A stretch of 64,000 nucleotides of DNA from a virus: IMG/VR virus record IMGVR_UViG_3300002123_000001; one strand, 5' to 3'. A model generated the notes under the pieces. The model worked only from the letters and a program-made list of their open reading frames with translations, was not told the DNA's origin and made no database searches. Each line of letters starts with the position of its first letter. The first letter of the stretch is position 1. The translations under genes were made by a program, and so were the position numbers. Positions 42,712 to 50,928 of this stretch are shown one piece after another.

Positions 42712-42817
42712 CGAGGAAGACGAAGAGGAAGTCCCGTGGGGCCACAACGGGCCGTCGCGCGGCTCCCTGTCCTTCGAACCCCCAGAGGACGTCTCCAGCT
42801 TCTGGTGGAAGGGCTAG
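42227..42817 (+). CDS. Pro-rich then acidic protein, frame B (start uncertain; may continue frame A)
   Basis: Strong codon bias from about 42335 to TAG 42817; in-frame TTG 42335 and GTG 42452 lack SD. Confidence 0.5.
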   Translation: MSYKLPSVRLSPPSLKTSSSNTKSGSWPSTPDALSVLPRLESPQFLQIPPLQPPLPPEPPRFPTFNELLSPPAPAVRKRQEGLFTSLIRDPAILYQEYLEQPDMFEEETGHLLLKLVGQQKKLEDLTDDEMKKLDEAVVSFIQYTPKKPEPKELPKPLELDDEEDEEEVPWGHNGPSRGSLSFEPPEDVSSFWWKG

Positions 42818-43638
42818 TAGCCGCCCCCACCAATGGCAATCCCGTACTCGTTGACGTTCGCTGCCGGGTGAATGCCCGCCCCCCAACGAACCGTGGGCTG
42901 CACCTCGCCCTGCATGAAGTCCTCAACACCGCGCCCAAAGCCGCCAAACAGACGGCCTGGAATGCCAGCAGCCCGCTGCAGAACCCCAGGCTGTCGAGCG
43001 CGCGCCTGAAGACGCCCTCCCAAGGCAACCGCTGTGTCTCCCATCCGGGCCCCGATGCGCCCCGACGACGACCCCAAAGCGTGCCCAGCACCCACAGCCG
43101 TCTGCCCCACTGCCTCCCCGACGTGCTGCCTGGCCGCTTGAAGATGCGGGGCAGCCATGTTGCGGGGCATCGCCCCACCGGCGTCTGGTTGAACCTCCGG
43201 CAGCTCAGGTAGGTTGTGGTAGGCGAGTTTGGCCATCGCGGCCCCACACCGGCGAGCCGAGGCCGTGACCACCTGCTCCCCCTCAATCCCCTGAAGGGCT
43301 GCCCCGGCCATCATGGGATGGACCATGTAGGGCTGGGACATCATCAGACGCTGGTAGCGGGCCCGCACCGTGCCGGGGCCGCCAAAGCGCTCGTTGGTCT
43401 CCTGCATCCGTGCCGCCTCGAGCTCACGGAACTGAAGGTTCAGCGCCTGCGCGTGGAGGCGCTGCCGGTCGACCTTCTCCTGCGTCCCCTTGGCTGTCAG
43501 CAGCCTACCCCACTCACCAGCGGTGGCTGCCGCCATCGGGATGGAGAACTGCGTGTCGGCTCTCTTCTCCAGGTTCTCGAAGTAGAGCTCGTTCGTCCCG
43601 TAGGCTTCCAGCAGCCGCGGGTCAGGACCACTTGTCAT
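42814..43638 (-). CDS. Gly-rich virion protein, 274 aa
   Basis: ATGA overlap upstream; stop shares CTAG with the convergent plus gene. Confidence 0.65.
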   Translation of the reverse strand: MTSGPDPRLLEAYGTNELYFENLEKRADTQFSIPMAAATAGEWGRLLTAKGTQEKVDRQRLHAQALNLQFRELEAARMQETNERFGGPGTVRARYQRLMMSQPYMVHPMMAGAALQGIEGEQVVTASARRCGAAMAKLAYHNLPELPEVQPDAGGAMPRNMAAPHLQAARQHVGEAVGQTAVGAGHALGSSSGRIGARMGDTAVALGGRLQARARQPGVLQRAAGIPGRLFGGFGRGVEDFMQGEVQPTVRWGAGIHPAANVNEYGIAIGGGGY

Positions 43639-44234
43639 GGCACCCTGCGGGGGATTGGAATCTCGGCCATGGCCGGTGCGTCTGCCGCAGGCGAGGGCAG
43701 CAGCGGCACACGGCTGAACACGGAGTCCCCGCTGGAGGATGGAGCAGCGCTGGGCGCGGCGTTCGTCACGCGTAGCTTCATCGGCGCAGATACCGCCTTC
43801 ACCGGGTCGGTCTCAGCCACGAGCTCCAACTTCGGTCGGTCTTCTTCCGCCTGCTTCACCTGCTTGACCGCCGCTTCCGTGTTGCTGGCAGTGCTCTTCA
43901 GCTCCCGCAGCTCGGACAGAGTACTGGCCAACCCGATGTCCAGCTGATGCATCTTGAGCGCGCTGGCGTCCATCTGGACGCGCGTACGGTCCATCACATG
44001 AATCGCCCATCCCACAGCAAGCAAGCTGACTACGCTGAGGGCCAGCAGCAAGAACTGCAGACGCAAGATCGAGCGCATCTGGGCGCCCGAACGGTCCCAG
44101 CGCGCGTTGAGCCCCTTCATGTGGTCGAGCACCCCAGACAACGGGGTCAACGCCTTCCTGAAGGCTTCACCCAGGTCTCGAAGGTCACGCCTTCGAATGG
44201 TCTGCTCGCTCTCTGCGCCCGCTACATCAACCAT
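43635..44234 (-). CDS. single-pass membrane coiled-coil protein, 199 aa
   Basis: LQFLLLALSVVSLLAVGWAI helix followed by heptad-like region. Confidence 0.65.
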   Translation of the reverse strand: MVDVAGAESEQTIRRRDLRDLGEAFRKALTPLSGVLDHMKGLNARWDRSGAQMRSILRLQFLLLALSVVSLLAVGWAIHVMDRTRVQMDASALKMHQLDIGLASTLSELRELKSTASNTEAAVKQVKQAEEDRPKLELVAETDPVKAVSAPMKLRVTNAAPSAAPSSSGDSVFSRVPLLPSPAADAPAMAEIPIPRRVP

Positions 44235-44436
44235 GGTTCACACCCTCCGGTGGCAGGGACATCTGTATACTATGCCGGTCCACCTCGTAAAGGATGTCGT
44301 CCAACTCTGCCCCCAACCTGTCTAGGTCGTGGTTGTTCGTTTCCATCCCGCTGAGATTGCGATGCAGGCGCGCTTCTTCAGCTGTCGTTGCCGCGTCTGT
44401 ACCCATGAGCCGCCTGTACAACGCGACTAGAGACAT
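44227..44436 (-). CDS. hypothetical protein, 69 aa
   Basis: ATG 44436 in TGATG overlap. Confidence 0.55.
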   Translation of the reverse strand: MSLVALYRRLMGTDAATTAEEARLHRNLSGMETNNHDLDRLGAELDDILYEVDRHSIQMSLPPEGVNHG

Positions 44437-44882
44437 CAAGCACCTCCCTTTGGTGGCGCAGACGTCGTTGTAGAAGAGGTCCTTCTGTACCCCGCGGCGT
44501 GCGCAGCGGTTCGTGCATGCTCACGAATCACTGAGTCCAAAGTGCTCTCCACTTTGCTCACCGCCTGCGTGTTCCTGGACAGCGCCTCCACTTGGTCTTC
44601 GCCCGTATCCTTCAACGCATCAAGCGAAGACTTCACCTGCTGGAACGTCTCGGTCATCTTCTCAACCAAGCGCCGCGTACTGTCCTCACGGGCTTCTACC
44701 CGCTCGTTCAGTTTCTGCAGGTCCGTAACGCGCTTGTCCTGGACCTTCAGCAGCTGCTGGACCAGTAGATAGAGCGCGGCTATGGCCACGACAAGTAGCG
44801 CCCCGAAGGCGCTATCCCGCACGATCACGTAAACAGCAGTCTCGGTGACCGACTTCACGTCCGAGACCGCTGCCAGCGTCAT
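44436..44882 (-). CDS. membrane coiled-coil protein, 148 aa
   Basis: ATG 44882 in ATGA overlap; SAFGALLVVAIAALYLLV helix then coiled coil. Confidence 0.6.
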   Translation of the reverse strand: MTLAAVSDVKSVTETAVYVIVRDSAFGALLVVAIAALYLLVQQLLKVQDKRVTDLQKLNERVEAREDSTRRLVEKMTETFQQVKSSLDALKDTGEDQVEALSRNTQAVSKVESTLDSVIREHARTAAHAAGYRRTSSTTTSAPPKGGA

Positions 44883-45268
44883 CCGTAGGCCCAAACCCAA
44901 AGGGATACGTTGGACGCGTGCGAGAACGTGAGCGCCGTGATGCCAACCGCAGGACGTGGGCTTCCCAAGGCGAGGAACCCACCCTGGGATATCTCGATGT
45001 CGTCCGTTCCACCGTTGGTTTGGACCTGAATCGGCAGCGCAGAAAGGCTGCTGTCCGGGTCGACCTGCACCACCACCAGCTTGGCGCCTTCAGCAGGCAG
45101 GTTGGAGAGGTCCACGGCATCCGTGCCCACCCCCGTCTTCTCGAATCGCTGTATGGTCTTCCGCGTGTACTGCGATGTGAAGTTGACGGGGATGGGGCAC
45201 TCAGGCTGCCCCGTGTAGGGCGGCGTCTGGAAGGTGCCGGAGAACTGAACGGTGAATAGAAGGGCCAT
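44879..45268 (-). CDS. small beta-rich tail protein, 129 aa
   Basis: Follows tube-like gene. Confidence 0.6.
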   Translation of the reverse strand: MALLFTVQFSGTFQTPPYTGQPECPIPVNFTSQYTRKTIQRFEKTGVGTDAVDLSNLPAEGAKLVVVQVDPDSSLSALPIQVQTNGGTDDIEISQGGFLALGSPRPAVGITALTFSHASNVSLWVWAYG

Positions 45269-45271
45269 TCA

Positions 45272-46030
45272 TTACCCCGGTAGGTTGGCGCCACGAACCG
45301 CGCGAGTGGAGTGAGCTGGAGCTTCTGGGATGCCCAAGAACGCGCTGCTCTGGTTGGCCCCACCGGCATTGGCGGAGTTGGAACTGATCAGGGTCAGCTG
45401 GCTGATGGACACCGGCACCATCCGCTCGAACTGCACGCTGACGTTCTCCTGCAGGAGCACGCCCTGTGCGTCCGTCGCCATGGCGTGGTTCGGCAGGTAG
45501 CACGCTTCGAAGTACCCGGCGCCGAGAGCATCGAGGTTGATGTCCCGGATGTACATCAAGAGCCCTATGGGCTGCGCGAAGAGGTCGGACGCCAGGTTGT
45601 AGAAGATGTTCTCGTACCCCGGCGGGATGATCACGTCGTGCTGGTTCACCATGTTCTGCGGTGACGAGCCGAGGTTCGGCCACATCGGAGCGACGATGGT
45701 GGGGCTGATCGTGTCGTTGTAGTAGGCGTACAGGATGCGCAGCAAGCTCGCACCGTGGTAGTAGACCCGCCCCAGGCTGAGCTGCCCCACAGTACGACCC
45801 GAGATGAAGTAGCTGCGCTCCGAGCCCAGCTCGAAGATGCGGCTGAACTGCCGGGTGTGCGTCACGTTGAAGTTCTGCAGCACCCCGATGGGGAGCACGA
45901 TCTGATTCGCGTTCTCACCCGTGCCGCTCAGCGCCTGCCCGAAGAAGGTGGCACCGCCGATGTTCGCGATGCGCGGAGGACCCGCGGCAATCATCAAGAA
46001 GCCGGCGTTGACGTACTGCCCGTCCACCAT
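45272..46030 (-). CDS. putative tail tube protein, 252 aa
   Basis: First structural gene after the sheath; beta-rich; assignment by synteny only. Confidence 0.45.
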   Translation of the reverse strand: MVDGQYVNAGFLMIAAGPPRIANIGGATFFGQALSGTGENANQIVLPIGVLQNFNVTHTRQFSRIFELGSERSYFISGRTVGQLSLGRVYYHGASLLRILYAYYNDTISPTIVAPMWPNLGSSPQNMVNQHDVIIPPGYENIFYNLASDLFAQPIGLLMYIRDINLDALGAGYFEACYLPNHAMATDAQGVLLQENVSVQFERMVPVSISQLTLISSNSANAGGANQSSAFLGIPEAPAHSTRAVRGANLPG

Positions 46031-46803
46031 CCCCGACTGAACGTAGTTGGTGTACGGTGCCCAGTCACTGAAGTTGCCGCTAATGTTCCTTACCTCCGGC
46101 TAGACGCCCTTCGGAGCGTCCGTCTCACTGTAATGAGGCTAACGTGAAACTGCGCGGCGAGGTCGGGGTGAGACAACCCGCCTAGCTGATACAGTTCCTT
46201 CATCCTCTGCTTCTCTGAGGGCAGCAGAAACACTTTACCGGTAGTAGCAGCTCTACCCTTACCGGCCATGTCGGCCATGTTGTCCGCATGCGTGCCCAGA
46301 AATAAGTGGTCCACTCTTACACACTTGCGGTTGTCACAGGTGTGAAGTACGAACAAGTTGTCCGGCACCAAGCCGTTGATCAACTCGTAGGAGAACACGT
46401 GCGCTCTGACGGTCTTGCCCAGCACCTTGAGAATACCGTATCCCTCATCGTGCAGAGCTCCAGTCCATTCCCAACAACCATCGCTGGACCCTGGGATGTA
46501 TACCTTCTCCCAAAAGCGACACAGGGGTTTACCACACGTGAAGAACTTACCGTGCCGCAGCTGATTAGCGCGTACTAGCTTCGTCTCCCCGCATTGGCAC
46601 GTGCAGTTCCAATAGATGGTGCCGAACTTATCGTTCGGCGCGCGTGAGACCGCCGTAAGAAGACCAAAGGTCTCCCCCGTAATGTCTCGCGTCGTTCCAT
46701 CCTCGTTACGCACTTACCGGTATCCTTCTACCTTGTAGTCTACCAGATGCCCGGGCATCCTCAGTCCCAGAGGCAGCTGGGCCTGGCGAGTATTGTGAAA
46801 TCA
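46031..46803 (-). mobile_element. Free-standing homing-endonuclease insertion between sheath and tube genes
   Basis: HNH gene with its own flanking non-coding DNA and palindrome GATGCCCGGGCATC upstream. Confidence 0.4.
46090..46713 (-). CDS. HNH homing endonuclease with C-terminal HTH, 207 aa
   Basis: CWEWTG...GYG...AHVFSYEL...VLHTCDNRKCVRVDHLFLGTHADN; GTG start. Confidence 0.8.
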   Translation of the reverse strand: MRNEDGTTRDITGETFGLLTAVSRAPNDKFGTIYWNCTCQCGETKLVRANQLRHGKFFTCGKPLCRFWEKVYIPGSSDGCWEWTGALHDEGYGILKVLGKTVRAHVFSYELINGLVPDNLFVLHTCDNRKCVRVDHLFLGTHADNMADMAGKGRAATTGKVFLLPSEKQRMKELYQLGGLSHPDLAAQFHVSLITVRRTLRRASSRR

Positions 46804-47049
46804 TTAGAAACCGCCCCAGTCCACTGCGTCAGGCGACATCTTTCCACCGCCAATCGCCGGGTGTGCCATGCCACCCAAACTCTTGGGCTGGATCAGCTTC
46901 TTTGCCGCTGAAGCCGCCGGCTTGCCCGCCCTCTCCGACCGCACGAGCGTGTCGGCCACGCCATGAAGGCGGGCCAACACCTCGGGTGGAAGGCCGGCGG
47001 CCTTCATCATCTCGTCACGCATCGCGAACATCATTGCGCTAGTGATCAT
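46804..47049 (-). CDS. small protein with N-terminal FAMRDEMMKAAG motif, 81 aa
   Basis: ATG 47049 after AGGAG. Confidence 0.55.
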   Translation of the reverse strand: MITSAMMFAMRDEMMKAAGLPPEVLARLHGVADTLVRSERAGKPAASAAKKLIQPKSLGGMAHPAIGGGKMSPDAVDWGGF

Positions 47050-47095
47050 GGCGGCTCCTGGCATCGATAGCGAGTCAACTCACTGCGCATCACAC

Positions 47096-48187
47096 TCATA
47101 CAAGTAAAGTCAACTTGACGTAGTTGCATGGAATCGGGACATCCAGCGTGGTGTCGATGAGCACCGTGTCCCGGTTGTTCTCGTCCTGGATGATGTTGTC
47201 GAGGTTGCCACCGATGAGCACGCCGTGCTCCACGAGGAATCCGAACATGCCCTGCACCGTGGTGCCGAGCGAGTCCAAGAACCCCTGGGTGATGTTGAAC
47301 CGGCCGATGAAGTTTCGAATCCCCTTGCGGAGGAACTTCGCCGTGAAGTCCACCACCTTCGTCACCGAGTCCGTGCGGGTCTCGATGCTGGTCTGGTCCG
47401 TGGTCACCGCCATGCGGGCGAAGATGGGGGTCCCGGTGCCTTCCTGGATGAAGATCCAAGTCCCGCCACCTGCCATGATGTCCAGCTGAGCTTCGCTGAA
47501 CGAGTCGTTCGAGCCGACCACCCCAGTGAACCCCGCGACCGGGAAGTTCGTGAACGACTGCTGCGGAGGCTGCTGCCCGATGCAGCCAACCACCGCCGCG
47601 TTCATGTAGTAGCCGTCGATCAGCTGCTCGAGACCTTCGATGCTGGCTCGGCACTTGTCGGGGAAGGTCATCCAGAACCGGCGGTTCGAGTACCCCTGTC
47701 CCATCTTGTTCATGGTCTCGGCGATGGCCTGCTTGTCGCGCGTGCCATCCACCGTCACCAGCTCACGGCCGCGGATGCGGATCGAGAACAACTCGCCCAC
47801 CAGCGGCAGAGGAAGTACATCCTCGGCGTAGAAGTCGTCGTCGTTCTCGCCGCTTAGGAACTCCGCTGGGGTGATGCGGACCGTGATCTGCTGACCACTC
47901 ACCGACTTGATGGAGTAACGCTTGTCGTCCGCCGACACGTCGAGGAACAACCCAGAGCTGACGGCAATCACCGGCTGCATCGGGTCGATTCCCGCGTTCT
48001 GCAACAGCGCCGCCAGGTTCCCGACCCCGGTGTTGAATGTGAACGTGTTGGTGGCTTCACCAACCGAACCGCTCGCTACCAGGGTGTCGATGTCCCGGGT
48101 GGGAACCGACGGGTTCCACATGACGATGCGCTCACCGCGCTGCGTCGGCTCGGACATGAAGTTGACGTGGGTGTTGAACACCTGCAC
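47096..48187 (-). CDS. tail sheath protein, C-terminal part (continues 48132..50900 after a +1 frame change; GTG 48187 only if independent)
   Basis: ERIVMWNP..., RRFWMTFPD, AGFTGVVG, and C-terminus NNRDTVLIDTTLDVPIPCNYVKLTLLV follow the conserved sheath layout. Confidence 0.65.
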   Translation of the reverse strand: MQVFNTHVNFMSEPTQRGERIVMWNPSVPTRDIDTLVASGSVGEATNTFTFNTGVGNLAALLQNAGIDPMQPVIAVSSGLFLDVSADDKRYSIKSVSGQQITVRITPAEFLSGENDDDFYAEDVLPLPLVGELFSIRIRGRELVTVDGTRDKQAIAETMNKMGQGYSNRRFWMTFPDKCRASIEGLEQLIDGYYMNAAVVGCIGQQPPQQSFTNFPVAGFTGVVGSNDSFSEAQLDIMAGGGTWIFIQEGTGTPIFARMAVTTDQTSIETRTDSVTKVVDFTAKFLRKGIRNFIGRFNITQGFLDSLGTTVQGMFGFLVEHGVLIGGNLDNIIQDENNRDTVLIDTTLDVPIPCNYVKLTLLV

Positions 48188-50900
48188 AACCGATCTCGTC
48201 GTGGGTGAGCGGCGCGATGGCGTACACCTCGTAAGCCTCGATGAACTCCGCCGCCCGAACGTACGCCTCCAACGTGCCATCCGGCATGTCGGCACTGATG
48301 GCGTCCACGCCAAGCCCCGTCACCTGTGCGGACGGAGCATTGATGAGAGCGTAGAACAACCCCAGCGCCAGCGGGTTGGATGCGCTGACCGGGGAGAGCG
48401 CATTGTCGAGCGCCACCGTGTCATCGAACCGAAGAAGCCCCTGCTGCGCCGCCAGTGCCGTCACGTCACGACGCAGGGCGGTGTAGCTGATGTACATCGA
48501 GGAGTTCACCGTGATGCGGGCGCCGCTCACCGCGTCGCGGACGATGCCGTCCTTGACCGTAACGTTGTTGTTCAGGTCGAGAATCATCTCCGGGAAGGGG
48601 CGGGTGAGGTTCGACACCGCATCCGTCAGGTTCATCGCCTGAATCCAGAAGCGGGCGCCCACATCCCCAATGACCACCGACTTGTCGATCTTCAGCACCG
48701 AGTTGACCCCCGTGGGGTTCACCTTCAGCACCGTGCCGTACTGCACGCCGTCGATGTAGAGAATATCCCCAGGGAGAGGGGGATGCGACACGCCAGTACC
48801 GACGGCGCCAGCGTAGATGGTACTGGCACCCGTTCGGGTATGCTCGAACAGTCCGAGCACGTTCATGGCGGTGCCGCCAACAATGCGAACGCTGGCGCCC
48901 TGACCAGTGGCCGTCGTGGTGAAGATGAGACCCAGCAAGCCGGACTGGCTGGCAGTAGTGCCGAGGATGGCCGCGTTGATCTCCCCCAAGAACGTCGCGA
49001 CGCTGACTGAGGCCGCCGTGAAGGTACATGTCTGAACAGCGCCGCCATCCACCGACACCTGCAGGGTCAAGCCCTGCACATCGGCAGGGAGCGTGATGCC
49101 GTCGAGGTCGACCGAGCCGATGATGGACACCGCTGCCGTGCCCGGGTCGATCTCCGCGAGAGCAGTGCCGCCGAGGATAGCGAAGTACCCGTCCTCTCCA
49201 TACTCGGTGTGCTGCAGGGTGACGACGCCAGCGTTCTGCGTGGCCGTAAGCTTGCCACCCGCGGCTGCACCCATGACGGCGTTGATCTGATCTACCGTCA
49301 ACGCTGGCGTGGTCGCCCCGTCAAACACCACAGTCTGCACCTGCCCACCGTCCGTCAGGATGAGCGTGGCGCCGTCCGTGACGCTCGTCATCACCGAAGA
49401 ACCGACCAGGCTGGGGCGAGTGGCGGCGGCCGTGAAGTTGTTGCCGGGGAAAGAGAGGAGCGGGGTAACCGCATCGCCATTCCCATCGTCGATGGCTTCG
49501 ATGGCCACGCCATCGTCGAACGGGCTGGTGCCTACTTCGAGATCACCCACCGTCAGCCCGAGCAGGGCAAGAGCAGTACCCCCGATCACGGAGATGCTGG
49601 CGTTCTCGCCAAGTGCGTTCGACGTCAGTACCAGAAGGTTCGTCACCGCCTGGAGACTGGCCGTCACGCCGGTGATACCAGACGTGATTTCCCCAGCCGC
49701 TGCCGCTGCACTGATCACGTCCGTGAACGTCACGGTCTGTGAGGCGCCGCTGTCGATGGACAAGATGAGCGTCAACCCCAACAGGTCAGCACCAGGGGCG
49801 TAGCCCAGCGTGGTCAGGTCCACCGTGCCGACCATGGCAGCGGCACCAGCGCTAAACGGGATGATGGGAACAGCCACCGTGCCCATCAGCGTGCCGCCAG
49901 TGATCTCCACCCGAGACGACCCACCCGGGGTAGAGCTGGTGATCCGAAGCTTGCCGAGATCACCACCAGCCACCGTGACGATGTCGACCGTGGCCCCCAC
50001 GATGCCGGCGTCGAGCTCCGCCGCCAGCTGGGCAGCCGTCAACACGTTCGAAGAAACCAGCACCGACTGCTCTTCACCACCATCGATTCGGACGAACAGC
50101 GTCTCCCCCTGAACATCGGTTGGGAAGACCACCGTACCGTCGATGATGCTCGCGTCGCTCAGAAGAACGGCCTGGCCACCGGTCACCGTTCCGTACCGAA
50201 GCAACGCCGAAGTACGGCTTGCCTCACGCACGCTCGTGCCCGTACCCATCGACATCCACACCCGCAAGCTGTCCTGCTCGAACGCCAGCTCGCTCAGGTT
50301 TCCGCGGGGGTCTGGGAAAGCCACCGGGGGGATGACCGTGTCGTACTGGTTGTACGCATCCAGCCCGTAGTACAACCTGCCGACGCCGACAGCGAAGGTA
50401 CTCGCCACCACAGCGTCCGTACCAGGTTGAACCTGGATGGTCTGAAAGATGCCGGTGCCGACCGTCTTCAGCCAGAACTTGTCGGACCCCACCACCTCCG
50501 CCCGAGCAGCCGTCATCGCCACCAACGCAAACGCGGCGTTGATCTGCCCGACCACCGAGGATGGAAGAAGCCCGCCACCGGCGGGGTCGCTGAACGTGAT
50601 CGTGATGTCGGGGGAGTTGTTGACGCTCACCACAAGGTCGAGCCCGTTCAACCCCATGTACTTCTTCACCACCGCGCCGGTGCCCGCCTTGGCGAGGAAG
50701 AACGCCGGGAGGGAGATGAGCGCATCCGTGTTCAAGAGCTGCCCGCCGGCGCCGTCGCTCTCCAGAAGTTCCACGATCTGCTTGCACACGCCGATGACGC
50801 AGGGAACCAGCGTAGGCGTGATGACCGTTGCAGTGACAGCACGGAACGCCTGGATGACCTGAACGCCTGGGCGCGGGAGGGTGTTTAGAGCAGTAGCCAT
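48132..50900 (-). CDS. tail sheath protein, N-terminal part with five inserted repeats, 922 codons
   Basis: N-terminus PGVQVIQ...TPTLVPCVIGV and ...EVYAIAPLTHDE match sheath motifs; the last 20 codons look out of frame. Confidence 0.7.
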   Translation of the reverse strand: MATALNTLPRPGVQVIQAFRAVTATVITPTLVPCVIGVCKQIVELLESDGAGGQLLNTDALISLPAFFLAKAGTGAVVKKYMGLNGLDLVVSVNNSPDITITFSDPAGGGLLPSSVVGQINAAFALVAMTAARAEVVGSDKFWLKTVGTGIFQTIQVQPGTDAVVASTFAVGVGRLYYGLDAYNQYDTVIPPVAFPDPRGNLSELAFEQDSLRVWMSMGTGTSVREASRTSALLRYGTVTGGQAVLLSDASIIDGTVVFPTDVQGETLFVRIDGGEEQSVLVSSNVLTAAQLAAELDAGIVGATVDIVTVAGGDLGKLRITSSTPGGSSRVEITGGTLMGTVAVPIIPFSAGAAAMVGTVDLTTLGYAPGADLLGLTLILSIDSGASQTVTFTDVISAAAAAGEITSGITGVTASLQAVTNLLVLTSNALGENASISVIGGTALALLGLTVGDLEVGTSPFDDGVAIEAIDDGNGDAVTPLLSFPGNNFTAAATRPSLVGSSVMTSVTDGATLILTDGGQVQTVVFDGATTPALTVDQINAVMGAAAGGKLTATQNAGVVTLQHTEYGEDGYFAILGGTALAEIDPGTAAVSIIGSVDLDGITLPADVQGLTLQVSVDGGAVQTCTFTAASVSVATFLGEINAAILGTTASQSGLLGLIFTTTATGQGASVRIVGGTAMNVLGLFEHTRTGASTIYAGAVGTGVSHPPLPGDILYIDGVQYGTVLKVNPTGVNSVLKIDKSVVIGDVGARFWIQAMNLTDAVSNLTRPFPEMILDLNNNVTVKDGIVRDAVSGARITVNSSMYISYTALRRDVTALAAQQGLLRFDDTVALDNALSPVSASNPLALGLFYALINAPSAQVTGLGVDAISADMPDGTLEAYVRAAEFIEAYEVYAIAPLTHDEIGCAGVQHPRQLHVRADAAR
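48843..50651 (-). repeat. Five tandem ~80-aa protein repeats (flagellin-IN-motif-like) inside the sheath gene
   Basis: Units near aa 84-176, 262-345, 371-452, 505-585, 605-686 share L.L.vDGG..QTvtF....t...v..IN......A.....L.LtS...G..s.i.i.GGTA...LGL. Confidence 0.6.
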
Positions 50901-50928
50901 TGACGCGCTCCTGTTGAAACCGCGGTTA

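Noticed and set aside
44879-46030. Canonical tail-assembly-chaperone -1 frameshift (G/GT-like) after the tube gene
   Set aside because: There are no overlapping ORF pair and no slippery heptamer in the expected place.
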